Assembly (NCBI GenBank): GCA_965243025.1
Contig: CBDETY010000003.1
Span: 576,001-640,000 of the forward strand
DNA from: Candidatus Latescibacterota bacterium
GTDB lineage: Bacteria > Latescibacterota > UBA2968 > UBA8231
DNA length: 64,000 nucleotides
Direction: 5' to 3'
A program made the translations under genes and the position numbers. Shown in pieces: positions 47,834 through 57,395 of this stretch (position 1 is the stretch's first letter; each line of letters starts with the position of its first letter). The notes under the pieces were generated by a model. That model saw only the letters and a program-made list of their open reading frames with translations, was not told where the DNA came from and did not search any database.

Positions 47834-49060
47834 ATGAACAGCGTGACCACAGGTGACGGACTCGAGCACGTCCGCTACCTAGCCGACACCATCGGCAAGC
47901 GCCCCACCGGCTTCGCCGGGGAGATCCGCGCCGCCGGGTACCAGTGCGAGCAGCTCGAGAAGTGGGGGTGCGAAGGGGTGGGCACCGAGGAGTTCCCCGC
48001 CCGCAGCTGGGACTTCGACCTGTGCAGAGTAAGCTGCGGACCGCTAGGCGAAATTGAGGCCCTGCCGATAGAGTTCTCGGCCTCGACCCCGGCGGGAGGG
48101 CTGGAGGCCGCCCTGGAGGTTCGCGAGAAGCCGGAGGCCGACTCCGGGCTCGAAGGCCGGATCGCCCTGTTCTGCAGCGGGCTCCCCGACGGCAAGACGC
48201 TTCTCGAAAGCAACCCGGCCGGGGTGATCCTGGTGACACCGGAGAAGGCCTTTGCCTGGCACCAGATCGTCGGTCCTACGGCCGCCCTGGCGGGCAGGCT
48301 GCCGATGGTCACCCTCGGATTCGCCGACGGCGTCGACCTCGTCCGCCACGGCGTCGACAGACTGAAACTCGAGATCGAGACCCGGATCGAGGACGTTACC
48401 GGCCGCAACGTGGTGGCAACCCTTCCCGGCGCTTCCGGAGACCGCCGCATCAACATCAGCGGCCACTACGATTCGGTGCCGGCGGGAGGGGCGGCGGCCG
48501 ACAACGCCACCGGGGCGGCCTGCGCCCTGGAGGTGGTGCGCAGCCTCAGCGGGCTCGACCTGCAGGCGACCGTCGACTTCGTCAACTTCAGCGCCGAGGA
48601 GATCGGGCTCTACGGGGCCGCGGCCTACGCCGGGGCGCACGCAAGCGAGCTGACTGCTACCGAGCTGGGGATCTACTTCGACGGCCAGGGGGATTTCCTC
48701 GGCCGCAACAACATCCACATCATGGGGCAGGACGGGCTTGTCGATCTCGTGCGGCAGCGCTGCGCGGCAATCGGGTACGCCGTCGACCTGCAGCACGGTT
48801 TCACCGGGCTCGACCAGGCGTTCCTCAGCGCACACGGCGTGCCTACTCTCTGGTTCCAGCGCGGCCCGCAGCTGACCTGGCACACCCGCGCCGACGTCAC
48901 CGAGGACGTCAGCCCCGCGGCGATGCGGGCGACCATTGGGGCCGCGGTCGACATCGCGCTGCACGCGGACGCCAACCCGGGCTGCTTTCCCGGCGGGATC
49001 CCCGAAGACCAGGCGCGGCAGCTTGCCGAGTACGTGAAGAACGGGGCTCCCTGCTGGTAG
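47834..49060 (+). CDS. M28 family peptidase with PA-like insert
   Basis: NVVA, GHYDSV, AADNATG, SAEEIGL, WHT..D; RBS AAGGAG. Confidence 0.85.
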   Translation: MNSVTTGDGLEHVRYLADTIGKRPTGFAGEIRAAGYQCEQLEKWGCEGVGTEEFPARSWDFDLCRVSCGPLGEIEALPIEFSASTPAGGLEAALEVREKPEADSGLEGRIALFCSGLPDGKTLLESNPAGVILVTPEKAFAWHQIVGPTAALAGRLPMVTLGFADGVDLVRHGVDRLKLEIETRIEDVTGRNVVATLPGASGDRRINISGHYDSVPAGGAAADNATGAACALEVVRSLSGLDLQATVDFVNFSAEEIGLYGAAAYAGAHASELTATELGIYFDGQGDFLGRNNIHIMGQDGLVDLVRQRCAAIGYAVDLQHGFTGLDQAFLSAHGVPTLWFQRGPQLTWHTRADVTEDVSPAAMRATIGAAVDIALHADANPGCFPGGIPEDQARQLAEYVKNGAPCW

Positions 49061-49162
49061 GCGGCCCCGCATGCAACCGGGTCGGGCGATTGCCCGATAC
49101 CGCAGATGAAGGAGGGCTTTTATGAGGGAGACCGGCGCAATCCCCGGGTCTTTGGTACTCCG

Positions 49163-50380
49163 ATGAAAGTCGACAGGGACCGGTTCCTCGAAGAGGGCTA
49201 CCTCATCCTGCGCCAGGTGATTCCGCCTTCCGATCTCGAGCGGGTCAGGGCTGCCGGCGAGCGCTTGGTCGAAAAGCAGAAGGAAGCGTGGCGGCGGGAG
49301 CGCGACCCCGGCGACCCTCCCGGGGGCCAGTGGGAGATCTCGTCGCAGCCCCGGGTGACGGTCCAGGAGATCGCCGGTTCCGTCGACGCCGGCTGCATCC
49401 CCGGCATCGAGATCTGGCACCACGAGAACATCCAGGGGGTCAGCAGCGAGCTTCTCGGCGTCGCGGACGCGGGGGTTACGGAGATGATGATCATGTGCAG
49501 CCCGGTCCGCGATCACGGCACCGGCGGCCACCGGGGCTGGCACCGCGACCTCTACCCTCCGTTCAGCGCCCCGGTGCAGGCCTATGCCGAGGACATCCTC
49601 GAAAACGGCCCGCGCTACGTGCAGTGGAACATCCCGCTCTACGACGACGACGTGCTCTGGGTGATCCCCGGCAGCCACAACCGGCTCAACACGGCCGAGG
49701 AGAACCGCTTGCTCGCCGGGGACGAGCGCGTGCCGTTTCCAGGCGGGGTGCAGACCGATCTGAAGGCCGGGGACGGCGTCGTCTACATCCTGCCGATCCT
49801 GCACTGGGGAAGCCGCTACGACCGGACCCTGCGCCGCACCCTGCACGGGGGCTTCTCGACGCATACCCAGGTTCATGACCTCAGCTACGCCGAACACCTG
49901 CCGGCGCCTGCCCGCGAGAGGTTCGAGCGCTGGAACCGGCGCAGCGGGCGCACCCAGGATCTGACCGAGGCGGCCCTGCGCGCCGCGATCGACGGCGACG
50001 GCGCCCGCTACAGGGAGGTCCTGAATAAGCTGCACCCCGGACGGGGAGCCAGGGGGGAAGCGCTGACCACGGTGTACATGAGCAAGAGCGCGCGCCGCAT
50101 CCACGACCTGCGGGGTCCCGGGGCGGGCAAGGTGCCGGAGAGCGGCCGCAACATGGCGCTGTTCGAGCACCCCATCACCCTGCACTGGGGCGGGGAGTTC
50201 GCCGGGCGCTTCTCCCCGGAGGAGGCCGAGGCCCTGTGGGAGCGGCTGCGGCCGATCGAGGAGGGGATGCAGGCGCAGGAGGAGCTGGCGCCGCCCGGGT
50301 ACGAGGACCGGCCGTCGCGGTACTATTTCTACGAGATGCCGGCAGACCTCGATATCGCCGCGGAAATAGACGGGTGGTAA
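49163..50380 (+). CDS. PhyH family dioxygenase with C-terminal extension
   Basis: FLEEGYL, WHRD, VIPGSH, LKAGD, ILHWGS. Confidence 0.85.
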   Translation: MKVDRDRFLEEGYLILRQVIPPSDLERVRAAGERLVEKQKEAWRRERDPGDPPGGQWEISSQPRVTVQEIAGSVDAGCIPGIEIWHHENIQGVSSELLGVADAGVTEMMIMCSPVRDHGTGGHRGWHRDLYPPFSAPVQAYAEDILENGPRYVQWNIPLYDDDVLWVIPGSHNRLNTAEENRLLAGDERVPFPGGVQTDLKAGDGVVYILPILHWGSRYDRTLRRTLHGGFSTHTQVHDLSYAEHLPAPARERFERWNRRSGRTQDLTEAALRAAIDGDGARYREVLNKLHPGRGARGEALTTVYMSKSARRIHDLRGPGAGKVPESGRNMALFEHPITLHWGGEFAGRFSPEEAEALWERLRPIEEGMQAQEELAPPGYEDRPSRYYFYEMPADLDIAAEIDGW

Positions 50381-50567
50381 AGGGTTGCTCCGCGCCCTCA
50401 TTTCACTGGTACAGCCCGCACGTTGCTGATACTCTTCTTTCCGGCCTTTTCGATCTCCCGGACAATGGAAGCCGAATCCACGGATTGCTTCAGCCTAGAC
50501 ATTGAACGCGACGACGGCCGTACCGTCCTGATTCTTGACCACGTCGGCCAACTGCCACCACCTGGTA

Positions 50568-50858
50568 GAGGTGATTGCCCGGCCCTTCGATGCCGGGGCC
50601 GCCGACTACGTGGTCAAGCCCTTCTCGCCGACGGAACTGACGGCCCGGATCCGGGCGGCCCTGCGCAAGCAGACGGCCATGGGCCCGGACCAGCCCACCG
50701 ATCCGTATGTGCTGGGAGGGCTGGCCATCGACTACACGGGACGCGGTGTGACCGTAGCCGGACAGCGGGTGCGCTTGACCGACATCGAGTACCGCCTGTT
50801 GGTGGAGCTGTCGATCCACGCCGGCCAAGTGGTGACCTACGATCACTTGCTGCGGAAA
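50568..50858 (+). pseudogene. Internal fragment of an OmpR/KdpE-type response regulator
   Basis: GAADYVVKPFSPTELTARIRAALR...LTDIEYRLL...VVTYDHLL; both ends missing. Confidence 0.8.
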
Positions 50859-51026
50859 GGCCTCCTGCGTGGGGGTGGCGAATCTCGCTTGGATGCTGCT
50901 AACTCCCATGCGATTCGGGTCCGCCGCAGGAGCCTTGAGGGTGCAGGGGGTCTGTAGGGTTTCACCATCGAGGAACTCGAGAACCAGAGGCGGGACGGCA
51001 AGCGGGGAACAAACGAAGGAGCGGGG

Positions 51027-54000
51027 ATGGACATCATCTATGGGCGAATCCGGTTTCGGAGGACGGTCGCGGGACTCCTGTTCCTGCTGCCCGTCACTCT
51101 GGCCGCACCGATCGACCTTGCCGGGGCGACCAGGCCGGAGCCGGCATATCGGTTTACCGCGGACTACAATATCGTCGGCGATGTGCCCATTTCCCGGTTT
51201 GCCGCCCTGCCGGTGCGCGAAGAGCATCCCGACTGGTCGCCCGACGGCCAGTGGATCGCCTACGGCGTCAACCGGGACGGCAATCGCGACATCTGGATCA
51301 AACCGGTCTCCGGGGGCGACCCTGTGCGCATCACCTCAGACCCGGGGAACGACCGGGTGCCGAGGTGGTCTCCCGATGGCGGCAAACTGCTCTTCGCCTC
51401 CGACCGCGGCGGGCGCTGGAACCTGTGGACGGTGGCCCCCTTCTCCGGTGAAAGCAGCCTGATCAAGATCACGAAGGATGAGGACGCAGTCATTTCTCAT
51501 GCCCTCCCGGCCGGCTGGTCCCCTGACGGCAATGAGATCGTCTTTACCGGGTCGCGAGGTGGGTATGAGCTCTGGATCGCCTCCGCGGCCGGGGGTGACA
51601 GAAGACAGCTCGATACGCATGGACTGAGAGGCTGGGATCCGGACTGGTCCCCGGACGGCCGCTGGATCGCCTTCAACGCGCACGGCGAGGAGGGGTATGC
51701 CAAGTTGTGGGCGATACCGGCGGCCGGCGGCGAGGTGCGCCGGCTGACCTCCCTGGCGCAGAACAGCTACAATCCGGCGTGGTCTCCCGACGGCCGCTGG
51801 ATCGCTTTCACCGCCCGCGACCAGGGGCCGTTCAACCTGTACGCCATCCCGTTTGCGGGAGGCCCCCTCGTTCAGCTGACCGACTCGACCGCGGGGCACA
51901 TCGGGCCCAGGTGGTCCCCGGACGGCGGCAGGCTCGTCTTCGAGTCCCACAGGGGGGATATCGCCATCGCCGAGGTGGGCGACCTCGACCTCGCCGAAGA
52001 ACGCGCGGGGCGTATCGCACGGATGGAGATCGAGCATGGCGGTGCGCACTGGTACGTCGACGACGATGCGCAGGTCGGCGGCGACGGATCGGAGGAGCGT
52101 CCGTTCCGAACCATAGGGGAAGCGCTGAATGCGAGCAGCAGAGGCGACACCGTACGACTCGCAGCCGGCACCTACAGTCAGCCGCTCGAGCTCGTCAGCG
52201 GCGTGACCCTGCTGGGAGCCGGTGCGGACAGCACGCGGGTTGCCGGTGAAGCGCACTTCGGCCTGGCGCTGCGCCCCTTCATCCAGTACTACGAGCGGCC
52301 GGGGGCGGACGAAGGCCTGTTTTCGGTCGGGCTGCGGGACGTCGCGATGGAGGGGTTCACCTTCGACGGCGGGGAGGAGTACCCGTCCCGTCCCGCCGAG
52401 GAGGTCGCCGCGCAGCTGGCGCTGGCCATGGCCGCCGACCGGAACGACGTGGCCGCAGCGGAGGCCCTGCTCGAGCGCGACCCGGGACTGGCGGCATCCC
52501 GGATCCTGTCCCCGGACGCGCCGGCCGCCGGCAGCACCTTCCTGCACCGCATCGTCGGGGCGTACGGCACCAGCGCCGAAGACGTCGAGATCGCCCGCCT
52601 GCTGATCGCGCGCGGCGCGGACGTCAACGCCGAGGGAGGCCAGGCCCGGGGATCGGGCGAGTCGGCCCTCGGGTACGCCGGCTTCTTCGGCAGCCCGCCT
52701 CTCGTCCAGCTGTACCTTGAGCACGGCGGCGATCCCGACTACGTCAGCTCGACCGGGAACAGCGTCGTCTCCGCAACCGCCCACGAGGGCTCGCACGTCA
52801 TGGGCAAGCGCTACCTCGACTGCCTGGACCTGCTGATCGCCGCAGGGGGGCGCTTCGACCTCGTCCATCTGGTCATGCTCGACTACCGGGAGCGGCTGGG
52901 TGAGGAGCTCGAACGGGATCCGTCCCGGGTCGACGAGTGGAAGCCGCTCGGCCACGGGGGAGAGGGAACTCCCCTGCACGAGGCCGCCGACCACTGCAAC
53001 GGGGATATGGCTGCGCTGCTGCTGGAGCGGGGGGCCGGCGTCGACGCCGTCGACAGCGACGGACGGACCGCCCTCATGCGGGCGGCCGATCAATGCCGCG
53101 ACGAACCGGACCGCGACGGGCCGGACAGCAGCCGCATCATCCGGATCCTGGTCGAGGCAGGTGCGGCCATCGACCTCGGGATCGCGATCATCCTCGGCGA
53201 CGCCGAAAAGGCGCGGGCCCTGATCGAGTCGGACCCGCAGCTGGTCAACCAGCCCCGCCGGGGATGGACCCCGCTGGACCTCGCCGTCAGGCACGGCCGC
53301 CCCGAAATCGGGCGCCTGCTGCGGGAAGCCGGCGCCGGGTTCGCCCAGAACCTCGAGGCCATGCTGCGCGAGGCGCCCCCGGGGCACGGGGTCCACGAGG
53401 TGCTTTCGCAGAGCCCCGCGGCGAAGACCGCCCCGGGCTACATCGAGCTGAAGCCTTCCCCGTCCCTCGACATCCGCGACGAAATCACGCTGGCCGCCTG
53501 GATCTACCGGCTCGGGGAAAGGGGCACCGTCATCGGCAAGTGGTACCAGCGGGGTTCCTGGTCGTACGTGCTCCACCTGCCGGGAAACGGGTTCCACCTG
53601 CACTGGGAAGACCGGACCCAGACCAACATCCGCGGGTTCACGCTCCCGTACCTGGAGTGGGCCCACTACGCCGGCACGTACGACGGCAGCCGCATGCGGG
53701 TCTACGTCAACGGCGAGCTTGCAGTCGAGCGGGCTGTCCCGGGCAAGCGCATCAACTCGACGGACAGCCCGGTCTGGATCGGCGCCAGCGGCTACCTCGA
53801 CCGCACCCCCGCTCTCATCGACGGCGTCGAGATCTGGAACGTGGCGCGGACGCAGAAGGAGATCCGGCAGTCGATGCGGGACGGACTGAGGGGGGACGAG
53901 CCCGGCCTGGTGGCCTGGCTCCCGATGGAGGAGGACCCGCCGGGGGACCGGTCGCCGCACGGCAACCACGGCTCCTTGCAGGGAGAGGCGACCATTCACT

Positions 54001-54122
54001 CGGTCGACGTTCCGACCGACGAACACCACGCCCCGGATCAGGTGTTATGGCTGCTCCCGTTGGAATCCGACAATTCAGAAGCCAACGGCGAGAAGTCGGC
54101 GACGACCGAAGTCGAGGAGTGA
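51027..54122 (+). CDS. Exported multidomain protein: TolB-like PD40 propeller, DUF1565/pectin-lyase-like start, ankyrin repeats, LamG-like jellyroll
   Basis: Six WSPDG repeats; WYVD..GDGSEERPFRTIGEAL..GDTV.LAAGTY; TPLH/TALM/TPLD ankyrins; ITLAAWI, WAHYAGTYDG, IWNVART. Confidence 0.85.
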   Translation: MDIIYGRIRFRRTVAGLLFLLPVTLAAPIDLAGATRPEPAYRFTADYNIVGDVPISRFAALPVREEHPDWSPDGQWIAYGVNRDGNRDIWIKPVSGGDPVRITSDPGNDRVPRWSPDGGKLLFASDRGGRWNLWTVAPFSGESSLIKITKDEDAVISHALPAGWSPDGNEIVFTGSRGGYELWIASAAGGDRRQLDTHGLRGWDPDWSPDGRWIAFNAHGEEGYAKLWAIPAAGGEVRRLTSLAQNSYNPAWSPDGRWIAFTARDQGPFNLYAIPFAGGPLVQLTDSTAGHIGPRWSPDGGRLVFESHRGDIAIAEVGDLDLAEERAGRIARMEIEHGGAHWYVDDDAQVGGDGSEERPFRTIGEALNASSRGDTVRLAAGTYSQPLELVSGVTLLGAGADSTRVAGEAHFGLALRPFIQYYERPGADEGLFSVGLRDVAMEGFTFDGGEEYPSRPAEEVAAQLALAMAADRNDVAAAEALLERDPGLAASRILSPDAPAAGSTFLHRIVGAYGTSAEDVEIARLLIARGADVNAEGGQARGSGESALGYAGFFGSPPLVQLYLEHGGDPDYVSSTGNSVVSATAHEGSHVMGKRYLDCLDLLIAAGGRFDLVHLVMLDYRERLGEELERDPSRVDEWKPLGHGGEGTPLHEAADHCNGDMAALLLERGAGVDAVDSDGRTALMRAADQCRDEPDRDGPDSSRIIRILVEAGAAIDLGIAIILGDAEKARALIESDPQLVNQPRRGWTPLDLAVRHGRPEIGRLLREAGAGFAQNLEAMLREAPPGHGVHEVLSQSPAAKTAPGYIELKPSPSLDIRDEITLAAWIYRLGERGTVIGKWYQRGSWSYVLHLPGNGFHLHWEDRTQTNIRGFTLPYLEWAHYAGTYDGSRMRVYVNGELAVERAVPGKRINSTDSPVWIGASGYLDRTPALIDGVEIWNVARTQKEIRQSMRDGLRGDEPGLVAWLPMEEDPPGDRSPHGNHGSLQGEATIHSVDVPTDEHHAPDQVLWLLPLESDNSEANGEKSATTEVEE

Positions 54123-54198
54123 GCCCGGTTTCCCGATTTGCTAGTCGAGATCTTGAAGATATCCTCATCACCGGCGGGGCGACGCCGGCGGGCATCCG

Positions 54199-54696
54199 AT
54201 GGACGGACATCGTCGCCACTTTGGAGGCGGCGACATGGCCTGGTATTACAAGGATGCGGTGGCGCTGTTCCTCGACCTCGCGGGGGGAGAAAGGGACGGC
54301 AGGCTGGATGCCGGGGAACATGCCTTCGCCTTTGTTGCCGACCCGGGGTATCCGTCCTGGGGCAAGTGGTGGCGGCACGGCACGGCGTCGGCGGGCAACG
54401 TGGAGAGTCCTGCCCCTCCCGAAACCCGGCTGGCGGTGCGCATTGTGGACGACACCGGCTACGACCTCGAGGCGGCGATCCCGATGTCGGCCTTGAGCGA
54501 GCACACGCAAGGGTGGACCCCGCCGTTCCCGGGCCGCACCGTCCGTTTCATGGTCTACATCACCGACCCCGACGGCGGTCCCGAGCCCTGGGGAGGCGCC
54601 CTCACCTACGCCGGCGCCGGGGGCCATGACGGGGAGCCGTGGGGCCGGCTCCGCTTCAGCGCCGCTTCGACAGTGGGTGCGCCGTACGAAGAGTAG
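54199..54696 (+). pseudogene. CBM9/DOMON-like sugar-binding domain, probably 5'-truncated or frameshifted
   Basis: KDAVALFLD, GYDLEAAIPM, TDPD, WGRLRF; upstream GIRWTD lies in another frame. Confidence 0.5.
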
Positions 54697-55008
54697 GGGA
54701 GTGGATCATACATGAGCGGACCGGAGCGGATCGAAGGTCCGCCGCACCACCTTGCATGCAGACCAACGGTGAGCAGAAAGCATGACTCCAGAGCAGACAA
54801 GAGGATTCTGGACCCGCGCCTTCTCATCCTACCAGGAGCGGCCACTTACAGGCTCGAAGCGGCATTCGTCTATGCCGCCGTCTATGGTTCCCGGGAAGCC
54901 CGGGTTCGCCGGGTTCGCGAGCTACAGAAACAGAGGGGACTACTCTTCACCCGACCGGGAAATGGACTCCCTCCTGCAGCAGGAGCCCACCCTGCTCGAA
55001 AAGGAGAG

Positions 55009-55584
55009 ATGATGGAATCGACTGGCGAAAGCGACCGTATTTGGAAGTCCCTACTCCATGGCGAAGATCTTGAAGGATGGGAACCTGATGACCCCAGAGT
55101 TTGGTCGCGAGATGGGGACACCTTGGTCATCGATTCGGCTGGCCTCAACGAGTCGAACGCGCTGACTTATCAGAAGGGCAATTGGTCGAACTTCGAGCTA
55201 AGTGTGCAGGCTACGCTCGTTCACGGGGCCAACTTGCAGATAGACTTCGGAATAGCTGCGGAGCGCCCGACAGTCTACATGCTCGATTGGCTCAGGCCCA
55301 TGAAGAAGATGTCAATAAGCAGCTACGAACGAGGCAAGCATGGAACCAACGTGATCCAGCTGTTAGACCTCGAGATCGAGTGGGGTCGGGAGTATGACCT
55401 GCTGCTTTTCGTCGAGGGGACGTCAGTCAAGAGCTTTGTCGATGAACAGCCCATTCACGATGTCACCGTGAAGGACGATGTCAGCGGTACGATCTCCTTA
55501 GCGACCTACGGGTACCGCGCGATTGCCCGCTTTCGAGACCCTAACAGGCTGTTGAAAAAGTCCTATTTCCTAATAAAAACATAG
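55009..55584 (+). CDS. DUF1080 (3-keto-disaccharide hydrolase-like) protein, 3' end disrupted by IS
   Basis: WKSLLHGEDLEGW, NFEL, SGTISL, FRDP; native end KVRVG* at 57104-57121 beyond the IS; RBS AAGGAG. Confidence 0.75.
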   Translation: MMESTGESDRIWKSLLHGEDLEGWEPDDPRVWSRDGDTLVIDSAGLNESNALTYQKGNWSNFELSVQATLVHGANLQIDFGIAAERPTVYMLDWLRPMKKMSISSYERGKHGTNVIQLLDLEIEWGREYDLLLFVEGTSVKSFVDEQPIHDVTVKDDVSGTISLATYGYRAIARFRDPNRLLKKSYFLIKT

Positions 55585-57101
55585 CCTCAGACGATTGCCC
55601 GTCGTACCCGCCCTTTTCTAGATTTATGAAAGATCCAAGAAAAACGAGCCGATGCCCCAAGGAGGCCGGTGATGTCGATGAGCAAACGTCGGAAAAGTCA
55701 GCAGCAGGAGATCTGGGTGCCGACCCATACCCTCCCCGAGACCCCGAGCCATCCGTTTTACACCCAACTCAACCGGCTGCTGGAAGAGCATGGGTTTGAT
55801 TCCTTTGTAGAAGAGCAGTGCGCCCCGTATTACGCCCAGAGGTTGGGCCGTCCCAGTATTGCTCCCGGGGTGTATTTCCGCATGCTCATGATCGGCTATT
55901 TCGAAGGCCTGGGATCGGAGCGGGCCATTGCCTGGCGGGTCGCCGATTCGTTGGCTCTGCGTCGCTTTCTCGGCTACGCCCTGACCGAGTCCACCCCGGA
56001 TCATTCGAGCCTGTCGCGTATTCGTCAGCGCCTGCCCGAAGCGGTGCACGAAGCGGTCTTCGACTGGGTGCTGAAGGTGTTGTCCGACCGGGACCTGCTG
56101 CAGGGAAAGACGGTGGCGGTGGACGCCACCACGCTGGAGGCCAACGCGGCGATGCGCAGCATCGTGCGCCGGGATACGGGCCAGGGCTACCGCGAGTATC
56201 TGGAAGGGTTGGCCCGGGCCGAAGGCATTCCGGAGCCGACCCGGCAGGAGGTGGCCCGGCTCGACCGCAAGCGGGCCAACAAGGCGTCCAACCGGGACTG
56301 GGCGCATCCCCATGATCGGGAGGCCCGCATAACCAGGATGAAAGACGGCCGCACGCATATGGCCCACAAGGCCGAACATACGGTCGATCTGGACACGCAG
56401 GCGCTGGTGGCCCTGCAGGTGTGCGGCGCCGATGAAGGGGATACCGCGTCGCTGCTGTGGAGTCTGGTGCAGGCGGACCGCAGCCTGAAAGAGGTCGGTG
56501 TCGATGAGCAGATCAGGCTGAGCGAAGTGGTGGCGGACCGGGGGTATCACAGCAATGACACGATGAAGATGCTGAGGACGGCGGAGATCCGCAGCTACGT
56601 GGCCGAACCGGATCGCGGTCGGCGCAACTGGAAGAAGGATGCGCCGGCCAAGACGGCGGTGTATGCGAATCGTCGGCGTATACGGGGAGACCGCGGCAAG
56701 AGGCTGCAGCGGCTTCGCGCCGAGCACGTGGAGCGCAGTTTCGCTCATACCTACGAAACGGGAGGCATGCGCCGCACTCACCTGCGCGGCCACACCAACA
56801 TCTACAAGCGTCTGTGTATTCATGGCGGCGCCTTCAATCTCGGGCTGGTGATGCGCAAGCTCACCGGAAAGGGAACGCCGAAAGGGTTGTATGGATTGGC
56901 ATCGGTTTTCTCGACTTTTGCCGATCGCGCAAACGCTCTTTTGGGTCGAATTTTCGGTTATTTGCGATTGTTGAGCTGTCCTTTTCGGGACCATTTCTAT
57001 AAATGGGAATGTTTAGCCTGATAACCGATTTTCTTGGGAAAGGAAATCATACATCCGCGACGTCCGGGGTTTCCGGAATAACCCGGATTTTCAACGGCCT
57101 G
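55545..57101 (+). mobile_element. IS1182/IS5-like insertion sequence, copy 2 (1557 bp)
   Basis: Same IRs and length as copy 1; TSD CTAA (55541-55544, 57102-57105). Confidence 0.92.
55669..57021 (+). CDS. DDE transposase, identical protein to 13797-15149
   Basis: 450-aa translations are identical in the ORF track. Confidence 0.92.
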   Translation: MMSMSKRRKSQQQEIWVPTHTLPETPSHPFYTQLNRLLEEHGFDSFVEEQCAPYYAQRLGRPSIAPGVYFRMLMIGYFEGLGSERAIAWRVADSLALRRFLGYALTESTPDHSSLSRIRQRLPEAVHEAVFDWVLKVLSDRDLLQGKTVAVDATTLEANAAMRSIVRRDTGQGYREYLEGLARAEGIPEPTRQEVARLDRKRANKASNRDWAHPHDREARITRMKDGRTHMAHKAEHTVDLDTQALVALQVCGADEGDTASLLWSLVQADRSLKEVGVDEQIRLSEVVADRGYHSNDTMKMLRTAEIRSYVAEPDRGRRNWKKDAPAKTAVYANRRRIRGDRGKRLQRLRAEHVERSFAHTYETGGMRRTHLRGHTNIYKRLCIHGGAFNLGLVMRKLTGKGTPKGLYGLASVFSTFADRANALLGRIFGYLRLLSCPFRDHFYKWECLA

Positions 57102-57395
57102 CTAAGGTCAGAGTCGGCTGATACGCTCACAGGTCATCCTGTTTTGATCCGTGTTATTTGAGACGGCAACCAGGGTTCTTAACTACCCGCAGGAAGTGAT
57201 AGCCGCTTTCGCCGGCACAGAACTGGTCGGGATCGTTCGCGTGAGTATTGATGGTCTTGTGGTGCGACGCTCAACGCCGAGGCAATCCAGTTTCTTGATG
57301 ACCAACGGTCTTGAGTTTGGTACAAGATTGGCAATGGGAACTGCTCCTGACCGGCGTGTCCGGCAACATCCGGCAGCTTGAGCCGATATGTAGTT

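Noticed and set aside
13717-57101. One 43-kb composite transposon or an already inverted segment
   Set aside because: Each IS has its own matching TSD, the outer flanks differ (CTAT vs CTAA), and the DUF1080 halves are collinear.
57151-57381. 76-aa ORF with a GNAT-like stretch (IAAFAGTELVGIVRVSIDG)
   Set aside because: Too short and degenerate to list as a feature; kept only as a weak candidate scrap.
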